Part shown: positions 27,996-36,978 of the stretch, piece after piece
Numbering within the stretch: the first letter of the stretch is position 1
Layout: every line of letters begins with the position of its first letter
Origin: Candidatus Levyibacteriota bacterium
Lineage (GTDB): Bacteria > Patescibacteriota > Microgenomatia > Levybacterales > UBA12049
Reading direction: 5' to 3'
Assembly: GCA_016217835.1 (NCBI GenBank)
Contig: JACRFQ010000043.1
Location: forward strand, 1-63,235
DNA length: 63,235 nucleotides
Translations under genes and position numbers: made by a program
Notes under the pieces: model-generated
The model's input: the letters and a program-made list of their open reading frames with translations, nothing else
Databases searched by the model: none
Told to the model about the DNA's origin: nothing

Positions 27996-28967
27996 ATGAG
28001 AATTTTATTTGTTGGCGATGTCATGTTAGGAAGATTAGTCAACGAGATACTGAAGCAAAAAAAACCTGAATATCCCTGGGGGGACACCTTACCTGTTTTT
28101 AAGAAAGTAGATTTAAGAATATGCAACCTTGAATGCGTAATTACAGACACCGGAGAACCCATTCCTCAAAAGACATTTCATTTTCGGACTGATCAAAAAA
28201 ACTTCAAAACTTTACTTTCTTCAGATATGGGTATGGTTTCACTTGCAAACAATCACATACTCGATTTCAATTATGAAGGAATGCTTAATACTATGAAGAT
28301 TTTAGGAAGTAATGCAATTAATTATGCAGGCGTTGGGATGAGTTTTTTAGAGGCATCAGAGCCCGCTATATGCGATGTTGATTCAAAAAAAATAGGGCTT
28401 ATCGCCTTTACCGATAATGAGCCCGAATGGGAAGCAACCGATAAAAAACCAGGAATCTTTTATGTTCCGGTCGATACTAAAGATGCAAAAGCTGCATCAC
28501 TTTTTGAGCAGATTAAGAAAGTGAAAAAAAATGCAGACATTCTGATTGTTTCCGCACATTGGGGTCCTAATTGGGGATATGAGCCGCCCGAAGAACATAT
28601 TCCTTTTGCCCATGCCATTATTGATGCAGGAGCTGATGTTGTTTTTGGCCATTCAGGACACGTATTTAGAGGCATTGAAGTTTATAAAAATAAACCTATT
28701 CTTTATTGCGCCGGTAATTTTATTGATGATTATGCAGTAGATGAAGTGGAGAAAAACAATCAATCATTTATTTTTATACTTGAAACAGATAAATCAAGCA
28801 TAAAAAAAATCAGCTTGTACCCGACCGTTATTAAAAACTTACAGGCAAATCTGGCCAAAGAATACGAGCAGGAAGAAATTATTATGAAGATGCAAAACCT
28901 TTGTAGTAAATTTGGTACAAAAACAGCTTGGAAGGAAAAACCGGAATTTTTGGAGGTAATTATATGA
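27996..28967 (+). CDS. CapA-family (PGA_cap) metallophosphatase-fold protein
   Basis: The motifs are MRILFVGDVMLGR, SLANNHILDF and VSAHWGPNWGYEP. It is preceded by AGGAGG at 27984-27989. Confidence 0.85.
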   Translation: MRILFVGDVMLGRLVNEILKQKKPEYPWGDTLPVFKKVDLRICNLECVITDTGEPIPQKTFHFRTDQKNFKTLLSSDMGMVSLANNHILDFNYEGMLNTMKILGSNAINYAGVGMSFLEASEPAICDVDSKKIGLIAFTDNEPEWEATDKKPGIFYVPVDTKDAKAASLFEQIKKVKKNADILIVSAHWGPNWGYEPPEEHIPFAHAIIDAGADVVFGHSGHVFRGIEVYKNKPILYCAGNFIDDYAVDEVEKNNQSFIFILETDKSSIKKISLYPTVIKNLQANLAKEYEQEEIIMKMQNLCSKFGTKTAWKEKPEFLEVII

Positions 28968-28995
28968 AGTCCTTTAAAATTATTCCTCATTAAAT

Positions 28996-29541
28996 ATGCA
29001 ATATAAAAAGAAAAAAAGAATATTTGTCGCTTTGGGCATATCAAAAGGATTAATAAAAAAAATTCAAGCCTGGAGAGAGGCCAGACACGATTTTCCAGTC
29101 CGCTGGATATCAGATAAAGATTTGCATATAACGATAATTTCCCCATGGTACAGTGGTCGCGTAGAAAGAGTAATTGAAAAAGTAAAATATGCAAATATTG
29201 CTCTTGAGCCATTTTCAGTCCAATTTAAAAAAATTAGTTTTGGGCCAAAGCCCGAACATCCCCGTCTGATATGGGCAGAGGGTGAATCTTCCGGCACCGT
29301 TGTTTTAGAAAATCAACTTAAGCGTCTTTTTCGAAAAAGAAAAGAAAAACGGGATTTTTTACTGCACCTTACCATTGCCCGTTTTGCCCCAAATGATTTT
29401 CCATCGTTTCCGGTAAAAAAGCTTAACGGGAATATTAACTGGAAGGAGCGTATTAACTCATTTTTGATTATGGAGTCACATTTGCGAAGAAGTGGAGCAG
29501 CATACGAAATACTGTCAAAAATTCCATTTAAACGAAAATGA
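28996..29541 (+). CDS. thpR: RNA 2',3'-cyclic phosphodiesterase (2H phosphoesterase, ThpR/LigT family)
   Basis: Two HxT motifs are present, DLHITIISPW and LLHLTIARF. The size is about 180 aa. Confidence 0.85.
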   Translation: MQYKKKKRIFVALGISKGLIKKIQAWREARHDFPVRWISDKDLHITIISPWYSGRVERVIEKVKYANIALEPFSVQFKKISFGPKPEHPRLIWAEGESSGTVVLENQLKRLFRKRKEKRDFLLHLTIARFAPNDFPSFPVKKLNGNINWKERINSFLIMESHLRRSGAAYEILSKIPFKRK

Positions 29542-30983
29542 TTACAAAAAATAATTTAATTAAAATTACAGATTATATGTGGCAAATACCAAAAACTTAC
29601 AGAGGTGATATGCGCGTGCCCGCCTCGATATTTGCAAGCGAAAAAATTCTTTCGGAAATTTTTAATGACCGCTCTTTAGAACAGCTTGTAAATGTTACAA
29701 CGCTTCCAGGCATTAGGAAGTCTGCGATTGTTATGCCTGACGCGCATGAAGGATATGGGTTTCCAATTGGAGGCATAGCCGCAACAGCTTATCCTGAAGG
29801 TGTAATTTCTCCCGGTGGGATAGGGTATGACATTAATTGCGGAGTTCGTCTTTTAATTTCTGATTTAAATTTTGATGATATTAAACCAAGCATCGAAAAA
29901 TTAGCAGAACAGTTATTTAGGGCAATTCCTGCAGGCGTCGGACGTGGCGGATTACTTAAGTTTAGTTTGGAAAAACTGGATTATGTACTAAGAGAAGGTG
30001 CTAAGGGAGTTATTAAGGAAGGATATGGTAATAAGTCAGATTCGGATCATATTGAATCAGGCGGAATGCTTAAAAATGCAGACCCGGATATCGTATCAGA
30101 CTATGCCAAGAAAAGAGAGCTTGATCAGCTAGGCACTATGGGAGCAGGAAATCACTTTGTAGAAATAGATAAGGTTGATGAGATTTTTAATGAACTGACA
30201 GCAAAAAATTTTGGTTTAAAATTTAATCAAATCGTCATACTGGTTCACACAGGATCCCGTGGTCTTGGTCATCAGGTAGCGACTGATTATATCCACTTAA
30301 TGAATCAAGTAATGGTAAAATATGGCATTACGGTTCCTGACCGGGAACTTGCCTGCGCTCCGTTATCCTCACCTGAAGGAAAAAATTATTTTAACGCTAT
30401 GGCGGCGGCGGCAAATTTTGCCTGGGCAAACAGGCAAATGATTACCTACCAAGTCCGAAAAGTCTGGGAAAATATTTTCGGGAACGCAGGTGGCAGCTTG
30501 TCAATTCTTTATGATGTAGCGCATAACATCACAAAAATTGAAGAACACATAATAAGCGGAAAAAAAGAAAGAGTAATTGTGCACAGAAAGGGAGCGACTC
30601 GTGCTTTTTGCCCACATCATTCGGAGTTAGCCAGTTTTTTTCAGAAAACCGGCCAGCCGGTTATTATTCCGGGAAGTATGGGTACTGCCTCTTATGTTCT
30701 TGCCGGAACAAAGATCGGAATGGAAGAATCATTTGGTTCATCGTGCCATGGTGCAGGAAGAAGGATGTCAAGACACGCAGCTAAAAAAGAAATCGCAGGA
30801 GCGGATTTGATGATAAAGCTTGAAAAAGAAGGTGTCTATGTAAAAACTCATTCCGTCAAGGATCTTGCCGAAGAAGCCCCCTTTGCCTACAAGGATATCC
30901 ATAATGTCGTTGATGTTGTTGATCAAGTAGGAATTGCTAAAAAAGTTGCAAAGCTTAGGCCAATTATTGTAATTAAGGGATAA
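29538..30983 (+). CDS. rtcB: RNA 3'-phosphate/2',3'-cyclic phosphate -- 5'-OH ligase RtcB
   Basis: The motifs are PDAHEGYGFPIGG, GYDINCGVR, GAGNHF, HTGSRGLGHQV and SSCHGAGR. The start overlaps the thpR stop (ATGA). Confidence 0.95.
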   Translation: MITKNNLIKITDYMWQIPKTYRGDMRVPASIFASEKILSEIFNDRSLEQLVNVTTLPGIRKSAIVMPDAHEGYGFPIGGIAATAYPEGVISPGGIGYDINCGVRLLISDLNFDDIKPSIEKLAEQLFRAIPAGVGRGGLLKFSLEKLDYVLREGAKGVIKEGYGNKSDSDHIESGGMLKNADPDIVSDYAKKRELDQLGTMGAGNHFVEIDKVDEIFNELTAKNFGLKFNQIVILVHTGSRGLGHQVATDYIHLMNQVMVKYGITVPDRELACAPLSSPEGKNYFNAMAAAANFAWANRQMITYQVRKVWENIFGNAGGSLSILYDVAHNITKIEEHIISGKKERVIVHRKGATRAFCPHHSELASFFQKTGQPVIIPGSMGTASYVLAGTKIGMEESFGSSCHGAGRRMSRHAAKKEIAGADLMIKLEKEGVYVKTHSVKDLAEEAPFAYKDIHNVVDVVDQVGIAKKVAKLRPIIVIKG

Positions 30984-31019
30984 ATTACAGCGTATTCTTA
31001 AGACAGAAGAGTTTATATT

Positions 31020-31028
31020 TGCTATACT
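31020..31028 (+). promoter_or_regulatory. extended -10 promoter TGcTATACT
   Basis: TG at 31020-31021 and TATACT at 31023-31028. The GTG at 31035 lies 7 nt downstream. Confidence 0.45.
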
Positions 31029-31034
31029 AAAAGT

Positions 31035-31259
31035 GTGTCAAGAAACATTGAAGCTCCAAAGCGAAGAACTCAAGAGTTTCGTTCCAGAGATAAGGCCGGA
31101 AAAATAATTCCTGTTAAGATTATTTCCCCGGATTACAGTAAAGACCCCCGATTAAATTTACCTCCGGGAGGTTTAGGAGCTGACGCGCCAAGACTTAATT
31201 TCAGCGAGCCGATATGGGTTGCTCCTCATTTAAGAAAACCTTCCTGGAAAAAACGATAA
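31035..31259 (+). CDS. possible small basic Pro/Arg/Lys-rich protein (GTG start), or instead part of a structured ileS leader RNA
   Basis: The frame is open for 74 codons. It has no homology I recognise, uses unusually GC-rich codons for this genome, and contains stable hairpins. Confidence 0.3.
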   Translation: MSRNIEAPKRRTQEFRSRDKAGKIIPVKIISPDYSKDPRLNLPPGGLGADAPRLNFSEPIWVAPHLRKPSWKKR

Positions 31260-31308
31260 ATTTAATCTAATCTTGATGTAGCCAGGTTTTTAATATAAAA
31301 TTATCATT

Positions 31309-34300
31309 ATGTTTAAAAGTGTATCTCCGCAAATTGATTTTCCTACTCTTGAAAAAGATATTCTTGAAAAATGGGAAAAGGAAAAATTAGTAGATAAATA
31401 TCTCCATAAAAACGATTCATCCGATAAAAACTATTCTTTTTTAGACGGCCCGATAACTGCAAATAATCCAATGGGAGTTCACCACGCCTGGGGAAGAGCT
31501 TATAAGGATTTATGGCAAAGATTTTGGAATATGCGGGGTTACAAGCAAAGATTTCAGAATGGATTTGATTGCCAGGGTTTATGGGTTGAAGTAGAAGTTG
31601 AAAAAGAGCTTGGAATCAGGAATAAAAAAGATATAGAAAATTTGGTAGAGGGAAATAAAAAAGAAAGTATCGCTAAGTTTGTTGAACTTTGTAAACAAAG
31701 GGTAATCAAGTATTCAGGAATTCAGGCAGAACAGAGTAAGCGTTTAGGTTATTTTATGGATTGGGATAATTCATATTACACCATGTCAGATGAAAATAAT
31801 TACATGATTTGGCACTTTTTAAAGACCTGTTTTGACAAAGGCTGGATCTATAAGGGAAAAGATAGTGTGCCGTGGTGTCCAAGGTGTGAAACCGCAATTT
31901 CCCAGCACGAAATGTTAACAGAGGACTATAAAGAATTAACGCATGAAACTGTTTTTGTAAAACTTCCGATTTTAGATAAAGGTTTTGAAAACACCTATCT
32001 ATTAATTTGGACAACCACTCCCTGGACTGTTCCTGCAAATGTTGCCGTTGGTATAAATACCAAATTTACTTATGGAATATATCAAAATAGAAAAACAAAA
32101 GAAAAAATAATATTTATAGAAAAAGATGAATTGGGAAATGTTCCGACAAGAGATTTAAAAGGAAAACAAATTAAGGTTAATGAATATATTTTAAATAATT
32201 TAGAAGATGAATGGGAAAAGACAGAAGATATTAAAGGAGAAAAGCTTTTAGGATTAAAATATAGTGCTCCATTTGATGATTTGGAATTGATAAAACAAGC
32301 TAGACAAGAAAACCCGGATACTTTTCATACAGTTGTTGATGGGAACGAGATTGTTGTTTCTACAGAAGGAACAGGACTTTTACACGTTGCGCCAGGCGCC
32401 GGAAAAGAGGATTTTGACTTAGGAAAAAAAGAAAAACTTTCAATTATTTCTTTAATCGCAGATGACGCGTCTTATTTGGATAATATGGGGGAATTCAGTG
32501 GAAAGAATGCAAAAAAGCATCCCGAATTAATAATTGATTATTTAAAATCTCTAGAAAATGGAAAGTATTTGTTGAAAACAATGCAGTATACCCATAGATA
32601 TCCTGCATGTTGGAGATGTAAGACAGAGCTTGTTTGGAAAGTGACGCTTGAGTGGTACATAGCGATGGACATACTGGAAACTGGAAACTCGAAGTTTGAA
32701 GCTGGAAAACAAAAGACGTTAAGGGAGCAGATGATGGATACGGCAAAAATGATTGACTGGCGTCCTGAATTTGGCTTAGAAAGAGAACTTGATTGGCTTT
32801 CCAATATGCATGATTGGTTAATCAGCAAGAAAAACAGATATTGGGGATTAGCGCTTCCTATTTTTGAATGCCAGGATTGCGGGAGCTTTGAAGTAATTGG
32901 TTCAAAAACAGAGCTTGAAAAAAGAGCAGTTGAGGGGTGGGATAAATTTGAAGGACATACTCCGCATAAACCATATATAGATGAAGTAAAAATTAAATGC
33001 TCTAAGTGTGGTTCTTTGGTAACTAGAGTTGATGATGTTGGCAATGTTTGGCTTGATGCAGGTATTGTCCCCTTTTCAACCTATGTGGATCCAGAGACAA
33101 AAAAATTAAGTTATACAACCGATAAAAAATATTGGAATGAGTGGTTTCCCGCAGAATTTATAACGGAATCTTTCCCAGGACAATTCAAAAACTGGTTTTA
33201 TTCGATGATTGCCATGTCGACAGTTTTAGAAAAAAAGAATCCTTTTAAAACAGTTTTGGGATTTGCTTCTATGCTTGGAGAAGATGGCAGACCGATGCAC
33301 AAATCATGGGGGAATTCAATTGAATTTAATGAGGGCGCAGATAAAATCGGGGTTGATGTAATGCGCTGGATGTTTGTAACGCATAACCCCGAGAATAATT
33401 TGCTTTTTGGCTACAAGAAAGCAGATGAAACCAGAAGAAAATTTCATTTAATGCTTTGGAATGTTTATAATTTTTTCTTAACATACAGGGAAGTTGATGA
33501 TTGGAAGCCGTCAAAGATATCAGATATAAGATATAAGATATCAGGAAATGTTTTGGATAGGTGGATATTATCAAGATTTAACAAAACTTTAAAAATCGTT
33601 ACTAAATCATTGGAGGATTATGGGGTTCAAAAAGCATCGCTTGAAATAGAAACTTTTGTTAATGACTTATCTTTATGGTTTATAAGAAGGAGCAGGGATA
33701 GGGTTGGACCCTCTGCAGAAAGCAAAGAGGATAAAAATAGTTATTACCAAACTTTATATTCTGTTTTAGTAAATCTTTCTAAAATTTTAGCGCCGTTTAT
33801 GCCGTTTATTGCTGAAGAAATCTATCTTAACTTAACAGATAAGATTTCTGTTCATTTATCCGATTGGCCAGAGGTAGATGAGAAGTTAATTAATCAAAAG
33901 TTAGAAGAAGAAATGGCTAAAGCAAGGCAGTTGGTTGAAGCTGCGCATTCCTTAAGAAAGCAAGCAGAGATAAAGGTAAGAATTCCAATTAAAGAAATGT
34001 CGTATAAGGGACCGGAAGAATTATCAAAAGATATTGTAGATGTTATTAAAGAAGAAATTAATGTTTACAATTTAAGTTTTACGGGAAAATTAGATGAGTT
34101 TAGGGTTGAAGCAAAAACAAGTGATGACAATCTTGATTTACAATTTGGATTGGCAAGAGATATTGTAAGAAAAATTCAGGAAGAAAGAAAAGCGCTTGAG
34201 ACACGCCCGAGCGAAAAGGTAAAAATTACTATTCCTTTCTGGCCGAAAGAACACGAGGAATATATTAAGAAAAAAGCATTGGTCGCAGAAATTCTGGAGG

Positions 34301-34332
34301 GAGAAAAATTTTCCGTTATTAAAAATGAATAG
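31309..34332 (+). CDS. ileS: isoleucine--tRNA ligase (type 2-like)
   Basis: The HIGH region is PITANNPMGVHHAWGR and the KMSKS-like motif is PMHKSWGN. A CP1 editing insertion and zinc-ribbon cysteines (CPRCE, CWRCK, CQDCG, CSKCG) are present. Confidence 0.93.
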   Translation: MFKSVSPQIDFPTLEKDILEKWEKEKLVDKYLHKNDSSDKNYSFLDGPITANNPMGVHHAWGRAYKDLWQRFWNMRGYKQRFQNGFDCQGLWVEVEVEKELGIRNKKDIENLVEGNKKESIAKFVELCKQRVIKYSGIQAEQSKRLGYFMDWDNSYYTMSDENNYMIWHFLKTCFDKGWIYKGKDSVPWCPRCETAISQHEMLTEDYKELTHETVFVKLPILDKGFENTYLLIWTTTPWTVPANVAVGINTKFTYGIYQNRKTKEKIIFIEKDELGNVPTRDLKGKQIKVNEYILNNLEDEWEKTEDIKGEKLLGLKYSAPFDDLELIKQARQENPDTFHTVVDGNEIVVSTEGTGLLHVAPGAGKEDFDLGKKEKLSIISLIADDASYLDNMGEFSGKNAKKHPELIIDYLKSLENGKYLLKTMQYTHRYPACWRCKTELVWKVTLEWYIAMDILETGNSKFEAGKQKTLREQMMDTAKMIDWRPEFGLERELDWLSNMHDWLISKKNRYWGLALPIFECQDCGSFEVIGSKTELEKRAVEGWDKFEGHTPHKPYIDEVKIKCSKCGSLVTRVDDVGNVWLDAGIVPFSTYVDPETKKLSYTTDKKYWNEWFPAEFITESFPGQFKNWFYSMIAMSTVLEKKNPFKTVLGFASMLGEDGRPMHKSWGNSIEFNEGADKIGVDVMRWMFVTHNPENNLLFGYKKADETRRKFHLMLWNVYNFFLTYREVDDWKPSKISDIRYKISGNVLDRWILSRFNKTLKIVTKSLEDYGVQKASLEIETFVNDLSLWFIRRSRDRVGPSAESKEDKNSYYQTLYSVLVNLSKILAPFMPFIAEEIYLNLTDKISVHLSDWPEVDEKLINQKLEEEMAKARQLVEAAHSLRKQAEIKVRIPIKEMSYKGPEELSKDIVDVIKEEINVYNLSFTGKLDEFRVEAKTSDDNLDLQFGLARDIVRKIQEERKALETRPSEKVKITIPFWPKEHEEYIKKKALVAEILEGEKFSVIKNE

Positions 34333-35407
34333 ACAACCACTTTTGGGGATAGACTGGTCGATTATAATACCTGTTTTTTTATTGGTTTTAATTAGTCTTG
34401 TTAATTTATTTTCTTTAAATGTAATTTTTTTCAAAAGCCAATTGGTATTTTTAGTAATTTCTTTGTTTGCGTTTATTTTTTTCTCCCAAACAAATTATAA
34501 GGTCATAAAATTTTATAAAACGCCAATATATGTGGCTTCGTTATTTGCTTTTGTTTTTTTGTTTTTCTTGGGTGTTGAAAGCAGGGGCGCAGCGCGTTGG
34601 ATTGATATCTTAGGATTTAGGCTTCAGTTTTCGGAAATTTTTAAACCTTTTTTGGCAATTGCCTTTGCAAGTTATATAACTGAGATACGAAGTTTTAGTT
34701 TTAAATCTCTTGCAAACATATTTATATTATTAGCTCCCATTGTTTTGCTGATTTTTTTACAACCTGATTTGGGGACAGCGCTTATCTACGCAGGTGTTGT
34801 TTTTATAACAGTAATTTATATAGGTTATCCATTTAGATATTTCTTAATTTCCTTGTTGCCGGTGTTGTTCTCATTTCCAATTGTTTGGAGATTTTTGCAT
34901 GATTATCAAAGGCAAAGAATCCTTACCTTTATCGAGCCAACGAAAGACCCTTTAGGGGTATCGTACAATGTTATTCAATCCGTAATTGCTGTTGGGTCGG
35001 GAATGATAATGGGTAAGGGTTTAGGTCAGGGTACGCAGTCTGGATTAAGATTCTTACCCGAACGCCATACCGATTTTATATTTGCGAGTATTTCAGAGCA
35101 GTTAGGATTTATCGGTTCATTAATTATTATTATTTGTTTTGGTTTTTTACTCTTTAAGATATATACAATTTTTTTAAATTCTAACGATAAATTTGTTAAA
35201 AACTTTTCTGCAATAGTTTTTTTTAGTTTTTTAATACAAATTTTTACAAATATTGGTATGAATATGGGAATAGTTCCCGTTGTCGGGGTACCGCTTCCAT
35301 TTGTTTCTTACGGGGGAAGCTCGCTTTTATCAAGCTTTATATTTTTGGGATTTTTATCATCAATTAATAAGGAATCAAAAGATACACAGGTTCTAGAAAT
35401 CAGATGA
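34325..35407 (+). CDS. rodA: SEDS-family peptidoglycan polymerase RodA-like
   Basis: The motifs are QPDLGTA, PERHTDFIFASISEQLGF and PFVSYGGSS. It is the second SEDS paralog and lies outside the dcw cluster. Confidence 0.85.
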   Translation: MNRQPLLGIDWSIIIPVFLLVLISLVNLFSLNVIFFKSQLVFLVISLFAFIFFSQTNYKVIKFYKTPIYVASLFAFVFLFFLGVESRGAARWIDILGFRLQFSEIFKPFLAIAFASYITEIRSFSFKSLANIFILLAPIVLLIFLQPDLGTALIYAGVVFITVIYIGYPFRYFLISLLPVLFSFPIVWRFLHDYQRQRILTFIEPTKDPLGVSYNVIQSVIAVGSGMIMGKGLGQGTQSGLRFLPERHTDFIFASISEQLGFIGSLIIIICFGFLLFKIYTIFLNSNDKFVKNFSAIVFFSFLIQIFTNIGMNMGIVPVVGVPLPFVSYGGSSLLSSFIFLGFLSSINKESKDTQVLEIR

Positions 35408-35413
35408 AAAGTT

Positions 35414-35422
35414 TGCTATAAT
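35414..35422 (+). promoter_or_regulatory. extended -10 promoter TGcTATAAT, 8 nt upstream of the rplU ATG
   Basis: TG at 35414-35415 and TATAAT at 35417-35422, with the ATG at 35431. Confidence 0.5.
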
Positions 35423-35430
35423 TAATCGTT

Positions 35431-35814
35431 ATGAAATACGCAGTTATAAAAACAGGCGGAAAACAATATAAAGTTTCAGAAAGCGACGTCATTGATGTAG
35501 AAAGATTAAAATCAGAAAAAGACGAGAAAGTAGTTTTTAATGAAGTTTTGCTTTTAGTATCAGATGATAATATTAAAATTGGAAAACCCTTTATAACTGG
35601 CGAAAAAGTCGAAGGAAAGCTATTGGAAAATGTAAAAGGAGATAAATTAAGGGTTTCCAAGTTTAAAGCAAAAGTAAGATATAGAAAAACAATCGGATTT
35701 AGAGCAAGCATTTCAAGAGTGCAAATAGATAAAATATCAGGTACAAAGGAAAAAGAAGCGATTTTAGCAAAAGAAAAAACCACTGTTAAGAAAACTGCCA
35801 AGAAAAAGTCATAA
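35431..35814 (+). CDS. rplU: 50S ribosomal protein L21 (with Lys-rich C-terminal tail)
   Basis: MKYAVIKTGGKQYKVSE..KVRYRKTIGFR matches L21. Confidence 0.93.
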   Translation: MKYAVIKTGGKQYKVSESDVIDVERLKSEKDEKVVFNEVLLLVSDDNIKIGKPFITGEKVEGKLLENVKGDKLRVSKFKAKVRYRKTIGFRASISRVQIDKISGTKEKEAILAKEKTTVKKTAKKKS

Positions 35815-35832
35815 TTGACATTCTTTGATATC

Positions 35833-35861
35833 TTGACTAGTGTGAAAAGTCAGGATAAAAT
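35833..35861 (+). promoter_or_regulatory. sigma70-like promoter TTGACT - 17 nt - TAAAAT upstream of rpmA
   Basis: TTGACT at 35833-35838 and TAAAAT at 35856-35861. It overlaps the inverted repeat GTGAAAA..TTTTCAC. Confidence 0.5.
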
Positions 35862-35891
35862 ATATCTGGTTTTCACAAATTATTATAAGAT

Positions 35892-36143
35892 ATGGCACAT
35901 ACAAAAGCACAAGGAGCAGTAAAGGGAAATAGAGATTCAAGAGCAAAGCGCTTAGGCGTTAAAATTTATGGTGGACAGAGAGCAATTGCCGGAAATATAA
36001 TCGTTAGGCAAAACGGAACAAAGTTCCACCCTGGAAAAGGTGTTTCTATGGGAAAAGATTTTACTTTATTTTCATTAATTGATGGAACAGTAGGTTTTGT
36101 AACAGCCAAAGGGAAAAAACTGGTACAAGTTTTAAGTATTTAA
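35892..36143 (+). CDS. rpmA: 50S ribosomal protein L27
   Basis: [41 protein letters not shown] matches L27. Confidence 0.95.
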   Translation: MAHTKAQGAVKGNRDSRAKRLGVKIYGGQRAIAGNIIVRQNGTKFHPGKGVSMGKDFTLFSLIDGTVGFVTAKGKKLVQVLSI

Positions 36144-36150
36144 TTAATTT

Positions 36151-36978
36151 ATGGATACACAGGATAGAATCTTCGAGCTTGAGATAAACTTATTACAGGC
36201 GAATCCTCTTCAGCCAAGGGGTATAATCTCTCCGGATTCACTTCAGGAATTAGTAGATTCAATCAGGGAACAAGGAATTTTAGAGCCTATTGTTGTTGCA
36301 AAAACTCCGGCAGGGTATCAAATAATCGCAGGCGAAAGACGATGGAGAGCCTCTAAAATATTGGGTCTTGAAAAGGTTCCGGTTGTAATCAAAGAAACAA
36401 CTCCTCAGGGAATGCTTGAGATGTCGATTGTAGAAAACGTTCAAAGAGAGGATTTAAACCCAATTGAAAGAGCCCAGGCTTATAAGAGGTTGATTGATGA
36501 ATTTGGACTAGGTACAAATGAAGTTGCAAGAAAAGTCGGAAAAAGCGCTCCAACAGTCTCAAACACAATAAGACTTTTATCTTTACCGGATGCTATTAAA
36601 GATGCATTAGTTGCCGGAGTAATCACAGAAGGACACGTTAGACCATTAATTTCATTAGGTGACCCAAAGTTAATGCTTGAGTTGTTTAAAAAAATTCTAA
36701 AAGAAAATAGTACGGTTAGGGAAACTGAAGAATTAGCAAGACAGGAAAAAGGCCAAATCGAAACAAAGGAGACAAGAAATAAAGTTCATAAGCTTTGGGT
36801 ACCTGAGCTTGATGAAATGGCAAAAAAACTGGAAGAAAAACTTTCGTTTAATAAAGTAGCGATCTCTCAATCAAGAACTCAGGCAAAAATCTCAATCGTT
36901 ATAAAAGGGGATGTTGATGTTACAGGACCTAAGGTAAAAGAGTTATACGACCTTTTGAATAAAGAAAACGCTTCTTAG
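36151..36978 (+). CDS. parB: ParB/Spo0J-family partition protein (no adjacent parA)
   Basis: The motifs are the ParB box IIAGERRWRASK and LSLPDAIKDAL, together with an HTH segment. Confidence 0.88.
   Translation: MDTQDRIFELEINLLQANPLQPRGIISPDSLQELVDSIREQGILEPIVVAKTPAGYQIIAGERRWRASKILGLEKVPVVIKETTPQGMLEMSIVENVQREDLNPIERAQAYKRLIDEFGLGTNEVARKVGKSAPTVSNTIRLLSLPDAIKDALVAGVITEGHVRPLISLGDPKLMLELFKKILKENSTVRETEELARQEKGQIETKETRNKVHKLWVPELDEMAKKLEEKLSFNKVAISQSRTQAKISIVIKGDVDVTGPKVKELYDLLNKENAS

Noticed and set aside
27563-28162. 199-aa minus-strand ORF spanning the hydrolase/CapA junction
   Set aside because: It is antisense to two well-supported genes and crosses their intergenic spacer. Its product is Ser/Pro/Thr-rich with no motifs.
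30984-31308. T-box riboswitch upstream of ileS
   Set aside because: I could not find the conserved T-box sequence (..GGGUGGNACCGCG..). I also found no convincing Stem I with a specifier loop, and no terminator/antiterminator pair ahead of the ATG.
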